Source: Octopus sinensis (Eukaryota). From it: a DNA stretch of 64,000 nucleotides. Both the position numbers and the translations under genes were made by a program. Below, piece after piece: positions 10,796-22,479 of this stretch; position 1 is the first letter of the stretch, and each line of letters starts with the position of its first letter. Location of the stretch: positions 75,578,001-75,642,000 of the forward strand of contig NC_043006.1 of NCBI RefSeq assembly GCF_006345805.1, in the 5' to 3' direction. The notes below the pieces were generated by a model. It was not told where the DNA came from, ran no database searches, and worked only from the letters and a program-made list of their open reading frames with translations.

Positions 10796-11030
10796 GGCGG
10801 CGAGCTGACAGAACGTTAGCACGCCGGGCGACATGCATAGCTGTATTTCGTCTGTCGTTACGTTCTGAGTTCAAATTCCGCCGAGGTCGACTTTGCCTTT
10901 CATCCTTTCGGGGTCGATAATTTAAGTAATAGTTACGCACTGGGGTCGATATAATCGACTTAATCCGTTTGTCTGTCCTTGTTTGTCCTCTCTGTGTTTA
11001 GCCTCTTGTGGGTAGTAAAGACATAGGTAT
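10796..11030 (+). mobile_element. SINE family B, full length
   Basis: Head ggcggcgagctgacagaacgttagc, B box gagttcaaattcc, tail gtgggtagtaaag. Colinear with 39602-39828. Confidence 0.85.
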
Positions 11031-11195
11031 TTCATCTGTCTTTGCGTTCCGAGTTCAAATTCCACCGAGGTCGATTTTGACTTTCATCCTTTCGGAGTCG
11101 ATAAATTAAGTACCAGTTGCGTACTGAGGATGATCTTCTCGACTGGCCCCGCTCCCCAAAAATTTCGGGCCTTGTGCTTAGAGTAGGAAAGAATA
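11026..11195 (+). mobile_element. Second, 5'-truncated SINE B core in tandem, with a different tail
   Basis: Repeats gagttcaaattcc.ccgaggtcga..tttcatcctttcgg.gtcgataaattaagtaccagtt, then diverges. Confidence 0.75.
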
Positions 11196-11808
11196 TGATA
11201 CTATTGGATTTCTCTTGTAAAGCTATCTTTCACGTAAGGAAAATAATTCTTTCTATGCTTATAGCAGTTCGGTGTTTAAGGCACTTTGGTAAAGATACAC
11301 ATTCAGTATATCTTGTAATTTGTATAAACGAATTATATTAAGTCCAGAAATTAAATAATTCGTTCTAAGTTTGGCACATAACCTTCCATTTTTATTATAT
11401 CGTCCCCCCATCCCCAGTACTCAACTGGTATTTATTTTATCGATTTCGGATGAGAAAAGGCAAGGTTGACTTAAGTGGATTTGAAGTATGAAAAAAGTAA
11501 TGAATCAGAAAATATGTAGAGAAAGCCTTAAAAGTGGTTTAATAGCACTCCTAACACAATAGAACGCAGTGTTGACTTATAAAGAGTTTAATATTAGAAA
11601 TATTATTTCTAATTCTCTCTAAAGGAGACTACGGCAGCGGTACTGGATATCAATAGTTATCACCCAGCTAACATGACAGTCTCCTTTAGAGAGAATTAGA
11701 AATAATGATAGTTCTATTTTTGAAAACCAATGGATATATTCCACTGAATTTAGGTAAATAATCCTTCGAACAGTCAGTCAGCAGCGATGCCTGCTGGGTT
11801 CGGCTAAT

Positions 11809-11849
11809 CCACATTGATAAGAGGCAAACACCTCGAAACTAGTCTGTGG
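11809..11849 (+). ncRNA. Minimal type-I hammerhead ribozyme fold, U3-A8 core variant
   Basis: CCACA-UUGAUAA-GAGG-CAAACA-CCUC-GAAAC-UA-GUC-UGUGG: perfect stems I and II, palindromic ACUAGU stem III, GUC site. Confidence 0.75.
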
Positions 11850-12254
11850 CTGCCAGACCAGCAAGGAGAAACTGCTGATCTCCCCTGTTCGAAGGTTGTA
11901 ATGGACACAGGTTTTTGTGTCACATAGCTAGCTAGAGGCGATGGCCTTTTGGAGCTAATCAACGGCAGCATTCGTCCTATTTATCTGGACTGCCATCTTA
12001 GCTGGGCGATAACTACTAATATAGAGTTTAATATTCTTTGTAGTAAAGTATCGTTGCATAACGAAATACCGTGTTCCTACAAGTCCCTACAATCAGGAGA
12101 AATACTGCTAAATATTTCGTAGGATGCGCTTAAGATCCTGTTGGCTCGCTTCCTTCAGAGCATAATTAATGTAACAAAGAATTAAGTAAATGTGAGAATA
12201 GTTTTTTTTTTCAATTGAACATTTTTATTTCAGTTCTATATTTAAGAGATGAGG

Positions 12255-12479
12255 AATTATGTACATTATTTACATTCGATGGATATTTGTCCTCATCTTG
12301 TTTATTGTTAACACAACGTTTCGGCTGATATGCCCTCCAGCCTTCTTCAGGTGTCTTCAGGTTCGAAATTTTCCCGAGACACCTGGAGAAGGCTGGAGGG
12401 TATATCAGCCGATACGTTGTGTTATTAACAAACAAGATGTGGACAAATATCCGTCGAATATAAATAATGTTAATAATTT
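12255..12479. mobile_element. Inverted pair of PLE pseudo-LTR ends (~100-bp arms, 20-bp spacer)
   Basis: 12255-12356 is the reverse complement of 12377-12479 with few mismatches; each arm carries an HHR motif. Confidence 0.8.
12310..12355 (-). ncRNA. Minimal type-I hammerhead ribozyme, canonical core with one extra A
   Basis: GACAC-CUGAAGA-A-GGCUG-(10 nt)-CAGCC-GAAAC-GUU-GUGUU. Confidence 0.75.
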
Positions 12480-12717
12480 TAATTTAATTTTGTGAAATCC
12501 TTTAATTCTCAAAATAACTTGATAATTTGTGTAAAAACTATTATATCGGGGACTAAGCCACTACTGTAAATAAGATCATCTTCATAATGTGTGGAATATG
12601 GGCTGCTAAGAGGAAACCCTTGCAGCCATGCGATGGACGTGCAATACATAAGTGATGTAGAAATTATATAAAACTTTGCATTGAGTTCCAACTTTTATGA
12701 TATTAAATTTATATACA

Positions 12718-14070
12718 AATATGACTGTGTGGTAAGGAGCATTCTTCCCAGTTACGTCGTTCTGGAATCAGTCCCTCTGCGAGGCACCTTGGGCAAGTGT
12801 CTTCTACTGTAGACTTGGGCTGACCGAAGCCTTGTGAGCGGATTTGGTAGACGGAAACTGAAAGAGGCCCATCGTATACGAGCAAAAGGCCCCCCCCCCG
12901 TCCAATGGACCGTGCTGAGCTGTCAAACATTTAAACCAAATTTTCTCAAAACAATTTGTCCGACCGTCCCATAGGCCTCCTCTTTGAGAAACACTAATTT
13001 AACCTAAATTTGAGACACCAGCAAAAGAAGAAATAAAGATAAACTTTTTTCTATTCCAAAGAAAAACGATTTTATTCACACAAATATGCAACTGAAGTCT
13101 TCTCGCCGAAAAGACACCAATACCTTTGAAACAATAGTACAATTATAATTAAAAATGGAAAAGTATCGCATTTTCATAAAAAAAACCTGGTCAATTGTAG
13201 GTTAATTGTATACGTTTAGAAAATGCAAATATTGCACGATTAAGAAGCAAGCAAATAGTCTTTTGTTTCTAAAATTCATTCACCTTGAAATAAAGCTTTG
13301 GGTTTTCTTTCATTAAAAAACACACTTTTTTTGGTTTAAAGCTGTAAGGCAACAAAAATCATTTATTAGCAAGAAAATAGTATTTTCTTCATTGAATAAA
13401 AAGCAATCAGTGTATTCTTTTCATTAAAAAATAATTAAGCATGCCTTTATTTCAATAAAACTTTTGGTTTTGTTAAACGAAGTTAAGGCAAAAAACTTCT
13501 TGAGAAACCAAATAGTCTTTCCTTCCTTCATGCTAAGTTTGAAGAAAATATCTCTTTTGCATCTTACTTTTTTGGTCTCTTAAATATACTGCATTTTGTA
13601 GCATTATTTCAAGCTATTCGGCTTTTTTTGTGCAAACTGCACGTACATTTTTTCGCGTATGCGTAGTATCGATCACAACAGCTGATGTACTTGCGCGTAC
13701 AAATGCACGTACCCACGGTTTTATCGATCGCACTCTCAACTGGAATCGATTTTTGTAATTTTTCAAGACTTATACACGTCCTGATACCGTCGATATCTTC
13801 ATATCAATTTTGAGCGCCACCTGATGGAGGATGCCCGAGATCCTAGAAGACACACACACACACAGACAGACAGAACGGATTTTATATAATAGATATACAT
13901 GTCTATACGTGTGTCTTTGTGTCTGTATTTTTTCCCTTCCCCCGCCGCTTGACAACCTGTGCTGGAGTGTTTACGTCTCCATAAATTGGCGGTTTGGCAA
14001 AGAGATCGATAGAATAAGTACCAGATTCTTTTTCATGGCCGCAGTCTAATAACCGAACCAAGTAAAAGAT
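12718..14070 (+). mobile_element. SINE family A split by a Helitron insertion (halves 12718-12878 and 13894-14070)
   Basis: The 5' half ends gaggcccatcgtata and the 3' half resumes tatacatgtc...gtgtctgt...cgcttgacaacc. Joined, they restore the SINE A linker. Confidence 0.8.
12879..13893 (-). mobile_element. Non-autonomous Helitron (~1015 bp)
   Basis: 5' A|TCTATTATATAAAA, subterminal palindrome GTCCA-T-TGGAC, 3' CTCG|T, no TSD. Confidence 0.8.
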
Positions 14071-14089
14071 AGATTATAACGTTGGAAAT

Positions 14090-15000
14090 TCTGAAAATCG
14101 TCATCAGTCCCTTTATGGCATAATATCAGCACATATAGTGTTTTAGGTTTCACAAGTAGTAACATGAATAAAAAGACCAGAGACTTCCACCTCTTTGAGC
14201 ATCCTTCATAAATTGTTAATTAACAAAGCAGTATTCTTGAAAAGGCATTCCGGCAATTGTCAAACTTTGGTATTCCGATTTACTACCTGAGATAGAGAAG
14301 CTTTGATTGTCTGGAAAAGTAAAGTCTTTTAAATCGTTTGTATGAGTAAAATTTCGGGCGTAATTGCTATCTCTGCTCTAATGAATCCAGTGAGATATTT
14401 TTATGCTTAGGATATGGCATAAATTTCTTGATAATTAATCTTTGAGGACCATTTTAAAACTAAATTCTTTGCGGCAGTAGAAATGAATGTTCTGTTGAAT
14501 TTATAGTATTCTGCAAGAAAATGAACTACTTCCTCTTAGCTGCAAATCTATTGTATATTTGTATGATTATCGTTATTGGAGGTGGTTAACTTCATCGCGG
14601 CTATTCGTTGCGTCATCACAGACATTAGAGTGCTAGATCGGATCATGGCATATTTGCTAACATATTTGATGAAATCTGTTCAACTGCAGTACTTCAAATC
14701 GATACGTGCATTAAATTACATTTTTAGATGGGGGTAGTATGAAGCTGTTCCTCTGTACTCAATTTCACATCATCAAGCTAATGTTTAGAGACCTTTATTC
14801 TTCGTTGATTCTTTAATGTAAAAGATGTCCCATCCTCGCCAGTTGAGGTAGCATTTACAAAAGGTCTTGGAAACATTTTGGTTCATTTATTGTCTCTTGA
14901 TAGGGAATTCATGTTGAGGGTACTATGAGGACCGTGATTATCAATCTTCTGGGTTTCAACCATACTGAAGGAGCTCTTTCTTACTGTAAGAGTAAAGGAG
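14090..15000 (-). pseudogene. Helitron RepHel relic: Rep segment joined to the Pif1 helicase C-terminus
   Basis: HGPHSTLNMNSL..DNK*TKMFPRPFVNATSTGEDG (Rep HGPC..NPNSPCM..GKC.K.FP-like); EEVVHF; NGPQRLIIKKFMP; FKRLYF; SKSEYQSLTIAG (NKSQGQSL-like). Many stops and frameshifts. Confidence 0.75.
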
Positions 15001-15929
15001 TTCTGTAAATATGACCAAATCAAATTAACCGGAGAGAATTTTATTTGCTAATCGAATCATGATGTTTGCAACGAGGAAGCAATGTTTTCCTTTGCTTTAC
15101 GGATGGAAATATAATTCGAATCAAATTACGCATAAAAGAGAAAATACATTTTGTGTCGTAAGTTGAACACGCTTCCTCAAAATTCGACTTCACGCTTAAA
15201 TCAGTAAAAATCAGTTGATGTGTCAATCTAGTAGCTGATAGGTGTAGCAGTGAAAATATCAGCAGCTCCACATTATTTAAAGTTTATGCCAAAAGCTGTA
15301 TTGACAGTATTAGGAGTGTCAGAAAAAGACAGAAGGAAAAAGATGAATTGCGATGCAAAGGATCGATTCGATAAGGGACAAAGGAAGAGTGAGAGAGATA
15401 AGAAAAAAGCAAAGTTTGTCGCAAAGAAAAGCTGGAGGATACTAAAAGTGTATTATTATAGAAAAGTGGCGAGATACTGAGGAAACGAGAAAGAGAAATA
15501 AAAATTGATAAGACGGAATGATACACACACACACACATACGCACATACACATAAACACACACACAGACACGCACACATTCACTCTCCCGCTCTCTCTTTC
15601 ACATACACACACGCACACACATACGCACACACACACACGTACACACACACTCTCACACACATACACGTAAAAAGACTGACAAACCTCCAGTGAGAAATGA
15701 AAGAGATAAACAGGAAGTGAAAAAGATTTCAATGAGAGACAGGAAGTGAAAGAACAGTTAAACCAGCTTCCTTACACTGTTGACACTGGAGAAAAAGGAG
15801 AAGGTGACGATGAGAATACAGACACACAATTGCTCTAACACTCAGAAAGATACACATACGCACACACACACACACACACACACACACGTATATATATGTT
15901 TATATATAAGTATATTTCTTGATATTTAA

Positions 15930-15990
<61 letters not shown>

Positions 15991-16034
15991 CATAATTATG
16001 AGTATATATGTGTACATATGTATAACCATATATA

Positions 16035-16245
16035 GATTCTTTTACTTGTTTCAGTCATTTGACTGTGGTCATACTAGAGCATCGCCTTAAAGGGTGTTAG
16101 TCGAAGAAATCGACCCCAGGACTTATTCTTTGTAAGCCTAGTACTTATTCTATCTGTCTCTTTTACCAAGCCACTGAGTTACGGGGACACAAACACACCA
16201 GCATCGGTTGTCAAGCGATGGCGGGGAAAAACATATGCACACACA
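16035..16245 (-). mobile_element. SINE family A 3' half
   Basis: Reverse complement of the tail of 16718-17112. Confidence 0.8.
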
Positions 16246-16271
16246 CACACACATACACGCAAATATATGCA

Positions 16272-16305
<34 letters not shown>

Positions 16306-16368
16306 GCCATGATAGATCGCTAGCCACGACATATTCTTTATTTTCTCTCTTTGTTTCTTTCTGCGTTC

Positions 16369-16404
16369 CTTTCTGTGGAAGAGCGTAGGCTCGAAACGTT
16401 AAAG
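16369..16404 (+). ncRNA. Hammerhead-like fold with U at core position 6, in a PLE-type terminus (~16325-16455)
   Basis: CUUU-CUGUGGA-A-GAGC-GUAG-GCUC-GAAAC-GUU-AAAG; same family as 36103-36138. Confidence 0.6.
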
Positions 16405-16717
16405 ACTTTTTCACTTCCCGAGCGTCATACTAATACATTTGTTTGTTTTCTAACATTCTTTTGGTATTTTTTCCTTTGTAAATTTAAATTCATGACTTTT
16501 TAAACAAAGCCTGCAAAATTGTAGCTTTGAAAATAGGTGAAATAATGAATTGTGAAGTGAACATGTTTGTTATAACGAATTAAGGATTACGGTGGAAAGC
16601 AAATGGTGGCCATTTTAAATTGTGTGTATATCTAAAATATTGTAGGTAAATTTAACAATCAGCCTGTAAACTTTCATTAAGCAAATCTCATACTTTTATT
16701 TTATAATTTTCCAGGTA

Positions 16718-16881
16718 TAGGCGCAGGAGTGGCTGTGTGGTAAGTGGCTTGCTTACCAACCACATGGTTCGGGGTTCATTCCCACTGCGTGGCACCTTGG
16801 GTAAGTGTCTTCTACTATAGCCGCGAGCCGACCAAAGCCTTGTGAGAGGATTTGGTAGACAGAAACTGAAAGAAGCCTGTC

Positions 16882-16921
<40 letters not shown>

Positions 16922-17112
16922 GTGTCTGTGTTTGTCCCCACAATATCGCTTGGCAACCGATGGTGGTGTGTTTACGTCCCCGTAACTTAGCGGTTCGGCA
17001 AAAGAGTACGAGTGAATAAGTACTAGGCTTACAAAGAATAATTCCTGGGGTCGATTTGCTCGAATAAAGACGGTGCTCCAGCATAGCTGCAATCAAATGA
17101 CTGAAACAAGTA
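16718..17112 (+). mobile_element. SINE family A, full length
   Basis: tRNA-like head ggcgcaggagtggctgtgtggtaag...gggttcattccc, (TA)/(TG) linker, tail gactgaaacaagtaaaa. Confidence 0.9.
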
Positions 17113-17238
17113 AAAAAGTGTAAAAGAGAATGCTGTTAAGTTAGACAAGGCCTGGGCCAATACTGGCCGAAACTTATCAAAGTATCTAAGTATCTATATA
17201 ATAAAAGGAATAATGGGTAAATGTATATGCCACAACCT

Positions 17239-17280
<42 letters not shown>

Positions 17281-17489
17281 TCATACAGACGCACACGCGT
17301 ACTCACACTCGCTCACACTCACGCACACATAATTGATGTAACTTATCGTTTTTAACCGGGTTGAATGTATGGATTAAAAGAAAAAGTACTGAAAACAAAA
17401 TAGATTCGACTCTTACAATCCTAATTCTGTTTCCTTCATCTTTACAGTTCAACAAGAATACTCTCACGAAATGTAACTGTAGAATTGTA

Positions 17490-17945
17490 TCCAAGAGTCT
17501 TGACCTGATAGCTTCATTGTAGTATGACGCCCGCTGGTTGAATACTGTGTCATGAGAGGATATAATGGAGGCCTTCTAGCTTTTGTTGTTAATTATGTTC
17601 TTTACTATTAAACGCGGTTGGTTAGAATATCTGTTTATATTTAGGAGACATCTGTTAGATTTTGTGTTAGGGCAGGTTTTGTTTGAATAGTGGATTTATC
17701 ATTATATCATAAAAATTTGATATGCATATGGTGTTTTTGCCAATTCTTTTGAGATCGAATCTTTTGAAATATTAAATAAGCTGTTTTCATGTTTGGGGAA
17801 TTAAGCTACCGTGTATGTAGGATCCTATTTTACAGTGCTTAATTATGATGAATAGTTCAGAGCCTTTGGTTACTTGTGGTCTAATCCTATATGCTTGCGC
17901 TGAAGACAGCTGTCCTCTTTTATGTAGAGGATATCGCATACACAG
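17490..17945 (-). mobile_element. PLE reverse-transcriptase C-terminal relic
   Basis: INRYSNQPRLIVKNIINNKS*KASIISSHDTVFNQRASYYNEAIRS fits the PLE pattern SNHP..I.K...S.LSS...FN.A..YYNEAL. Confidence 0.6.
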
Positions 17946-18229
17946 TTAAGCACACACACCCGCACCCCAATTATATACAACTTTATGATGAAGCGCTTTC
18001 GCAAGAGAAATAAACATGAGTATATGACATGGAGTTACACTCCGAAATATTATATGTTGCTCATGACGTGGAATAAGATATAACGGGTCAAGAGAGCACA
18101 TTACATACGTTTGAAAAATATACACATGTACATACATAAATACATACATACATACATATACATACACACGCATGCACACGCACATATATAAGTATAGATA
18201 GATAGATAAATAGATATACATACATATAT

Positions 18230-18325
18230 ACGAGGAATTGCTGAAAAGTTCGTTCCTGGCTTTTGGTAAAAGAAAATTCAAGAGGATCAGCTATGATTTA
18301 TTCAAAACACACGTATTGCACTAGT
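18230..18325 (+). mobile_element. Mariner-type terminal fragment
   Basis: TA|CGAGG..GCTGAAAAGTTC..CCTGGCTTT, related to the 31404 MITE end. Confidence 0.5.
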
Positions 18326-18339
18326 CCTTTATAAGAACT

Positions 18340-18340
18340 T

Positions 18341-18371
<31 letters not shown>

Positions 18372-18428
18372 ATATATATATATATATAATATATATATAT
18401 ATATATGTATGTATATATATACATATAC

Positions 18429-18502
<74 letters not shown>

Positions 18503-18575
18503 ATATAGATATATATATATATATTATATATATATATATAGATATATATATATATATATAATATATATATATATC

Positions 18576-18609
<34 letters not shown>

Positions 18610-18620
18610 ATATATATTAC
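18340..18620. repeat. Long interrupted (TA)n tract
   Basis: Seen directly. Confidence 0.95.
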
Positions 18621-19166
18621 AAATGTACATACGTACACAAATACATGTATTGCAAAAGCGTGCTGAAGAGTGTTAGAGAAGGAGAAAATAGATATAAAAT
18701 AAATATATATAAAATTCATACTCACACTGTATACAAAAATCAAAACAAGACGAAAAACTACAGATCCTATATAAACAGCAATTTACAAATATTTTCTTGT
18801 ATAATTCCTGGATCAGTTTTGTTATTAGGACAGGAGACTATATCTAGCTAATCTCATCTTGAAGTTTGTTAACTGAAGCATACAGGATTCAGTGCTTTCC
18901 CACAGACGCCTGATGTGTAATATAAACTCTGGAACTATGAATCACTTGAAGATTTTTGTTTCTAAGCGAATCATACACACATGCATTATTTATATCATAA
19001 CTAAATATACATAAAAAATATACACATATGCAAGGCATACATGCGTTATCTTATGCATAAAAGATAATCACAAACCATTAGTTTATATTTATATATATAT
19101 GCATATACAAAATATTCATAAATACATATATGTATCTGCATATGTATATGTATGTGTATCTCTCTT

Positions 19167-19216
<50 letters not shown>

Positions 19217-20159
19217 TATATATATATGGTGTGTGTGTGTATGTATGCATGTATGTACATGCAGATATTTATGCCAGTCGTCACTGGATGTCAAGCATTG
19301 ATTGCTATTTGATCAGGTTTATTGATAGGCAAACAATTACATTACCAAGAGTTATGATTCTTTGTCTTTGATCATTACAGGAAGATATAGATAGCATAAT
19401 GGAGGAATAAATATTGAATATTGAATATTCTCGCAGGCTGTCTTTATTGTCGACTTAGAGATTCTATAACAGTAAAAAAAAAAATACATATTTCTGATAC
19501 TGTTGCATAAATGCTCCGATATAAAGATGTTAGCATTGATAAACAGTTACCAGTTATACACAAATATGTTAGGCCAGGTCATAGTTGATTCGTGTTGATA
19601 GTTCCAGACGTAAAGCTGCACCATGTTGGAATTTTTTTCAATATTTTGTGAGTTTCTTTTTTTTCTTTTTTTTTATGTATATTTTCTTTCAGAATTTCGT
19701 AAATGAAGTTATATGATTCGATCAATATTTTTGTTCAGTGAGAGAATGTTACAAATACGAAAAAGCTATTCAAAATTTTATATTCTTGTAATATTATGGA
19801 AAATAAAATACTAAAATAACAAATAAATAAATTTTAAAAAATATATAAAGTTATAAGAGAAACATGGCGTTTCTAATCCAATACCATCGAAGAAAAGTTT
19901 TTCCTGAAAGAATGGTGTAGAAATATGCGACTGACTTATGAATCTTATACTTTAGCGACGGACAAACGAGAAATCACTCTACAGAGCTGCTGGATCCGCA
20001 AGAAATAGCGGTCAAGTCCCTACAAAACTACAATCTACAACCTATAAGAAGAAGAAAGAAAATATTATATAGTGTAATATTTAGGTAAGTTTTTGCTAAC
20101 TATAAAATCGACTTGACTGGATCTTCTGTGATTCTGTGTCTGCAAGATCTGGATTGACC

Positions 20160-20366
20160 TTGTTATTTCTTTATTGCCCACAAGGGGCTAAACATATAGG
20201 GGACAAACGAGGACAGAGAAAGGGATTAAGTCGATTACATCGACGCCAGTGCGTAACTGGTATTCAATTTATCGACCCCGAGAGGATGAAAGGCAAAGTC
20301 AACCTCGGCGGAATTTGAACTCAGAACGTAAAGACAGACAAAATACCACAAAGCATTTCGCCCGGT
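20160..20366 (-). mobile_element. SINE family B (5' end missing)
   Basis: Colinear with 39602-39828. Confidence 0.8.
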
Positions 20367-20484
20367 ATTTTTTCTCTTTTACTTGTTTCAGTCATTTGAC
20401 TGCACTGCCAGCTCGCTGCCTTAATTGACCTTGTGATAAATAAGAAAGCGGTAGGCTCTATACTTGCACTCGACATTCTAGAAA

Positions 20485-20549
20485 TAAAGATTTCGCTATT
20501 ATTTAAGTTAAGTTAAGTTAACTTAACTTAAATAACAGCGAAATCTTTA
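20485..20549. repeat. 65-bp palindrome (30-bp arms, 1 mismatch, 5-nt loop)
   Basis: taaagatttcgctattatttaagttaagtt-aagtt-aacttaacttaaataacagcgaaatcttta. Confidence 0.9.
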
Positions 20550-20794
20550 TCAGACTACATACTCTTCATAAAAATGGTAAAGTCTCACTAGATAATGTAA
20601 TTATTGGTTCACTATGCCAGAAATAACAAATCATATAAACATTGATGAAATGTCTGTAATCGTAGATATGTATTCAGCGAAGATTAGCCGGGACTAAAAT
20701 ACAAGAAAAACAGCAACAAGTACTGTTTTAGGGGGAAGTCGTATATAGAGTCCAACACCCTAACCATTAAGCCACGTACATTCACAATACTACA

Positions 20795-21171
20795 TGGAAG
20801 CACTCCGTCGGTTACGACGACGAGGGTTCCGGTTGATCCGATCAACGGAACAGCCTGCTCCTGAAATTAACGTGTAAGTGGCTGAGCACTCCACAGACAC
20901 GTGTACTCTTAACGTATTTCTCGGGGATATTCAGCGTGACACAGAGAGTGACAAGGCCGGCCCTTTGAAATACAGGTACAACAGAAACAGGAAGTAAGAG
21001 AAAGTTGTGGTGAAAGAGTACAGCAGGGATCAGCACCATCCCTGCCGGAGCCTCGTGGAGCTATAGGTGTTTTCGCTCAATAAACACTCACAACGCCCGG
21101 TCTGGGAATCGAAACCGCGATCCTACGACCGCGAGTCCGCTGCCCTAACCACTGGGCCATTGCACCTCCAC
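20795..21171 (-). mobile_element. tRNA-derived SINE, core C with tail X, flanked by a 13-bp TSD
   Basis: TCACAATACTACA at 20782-20794 and 21172-21184; A box tggcccagtgg, B box ggtttcgattccc. Confidence 0.9.
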
Positions 21172-21199
21172 TCACAATACTACAACCATAGTGAACACC

Positions 21200-21740
21200 A
21201 GAACCAGTAACAGAAACAGAAGCAGATGCAGCATGAGTAAAAGCCGTGGCAAGAGCTCTATAAAGGCTGGCCTCTTTGCAAGAGGCACAAGAAAAGTTAT
21301 CTTTGTAGAGAAAACGGGCAGACCTAAAGTAGGTCAAAAGGCCTCCCAGAGGAGACGACAGGGAGCTTGCATTATACCTATCCTAGAGATCTTAGAGAAA
21401 ACAGCTAAGAGAACGGTAACTGGACAGTGTGTGGCTGTTAAAAATCGCTGGGTAGAAAGTGCGGCATAGGTCCAGGCAGAAAAATGTCCGAGAGGAATAG
21501 AATGTGACATGTGGGAGAGTGGAGATGAGGCTCCTCTCAAAAGTGCCCGCAGTGACACTCTACTCTTTTGTTCAGGAGTGATGGTTTTACCTGCACTCTA
21601 CATATATGGCACGGCGAGTAATAAGGATGTTAGTGTTGACTGTGCTGTAAAAATTGAACGTTTGTTTGCTGGTGGCAAGAATTGTCCTTGAGGCAGAGAA
21701 CGGTCCTGTTCTTCAAGCGGTAACACTTGGCATACTTTCC
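21200..21740 (-). mobile_element. Possible highly degenerate LINE 3' fragment
   Basis: GC-richer island with only weak RT-end-like translation. Confidence 0.25.
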
Positions 21741-21932
21741 TCAGAATAAGCGTCGAATGAGAGTTATATTAAACCATTTGAATCTACTAGAAATCAATTC
21801 CTCCCACTGTATAAGTCTCATTAGAAAACTAAGCTGTCTAAAAACCACAAGATTATACACTATTAGACATATAAAAAAGAACACAATGTAATGTAATATA
21901 AAGATATGCCACAGGCACACACCACCACACAC

Positions 21933-22034
<102 letters not shown>

Positions 22035-22479
22035 ATATATATATATATTCAGATACTTAATAAATAGTTGACTTGGTAAAGTAGCAGCCAGATGTAAAAT
22101 TTTAAAGGTCACCAAAGTGAGTTAGGTTTGTAATGGCGAAATGTGAATATGGATGACTGCCATTGGAGATCCGACTCCAACCGCCTCGTATTCCGTAATA
22201 GAAATGAAATATTAAGTTCAAAAACATGTATACTGTTGATTGTTATTGTTTTATTTGTTGAAATAAATATATCTCAATGGAACAACATCCTGTGATCATT
22301 CCAGGTTGGCTACATTTAGTGAAGAATAGCTAAAATTTAAATACCGACGAATACTTATTGAAGAGGCCTCAGATAAGAATAATATTTTCAAACAGTTTTT
22401 AAATGTTTAGAAATTGTTATAGCTCAAAATGTAAATATGACATGTATAATGTTATACATCACAACATAAAAATATGGTT

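Noticed and set aside
21100-21171. tRNA gene
   Set aside because: A and B boxes are present, but there is no acceptor stem and it continues into a SINE body with a TSD. The same applies to the other SINE heads.
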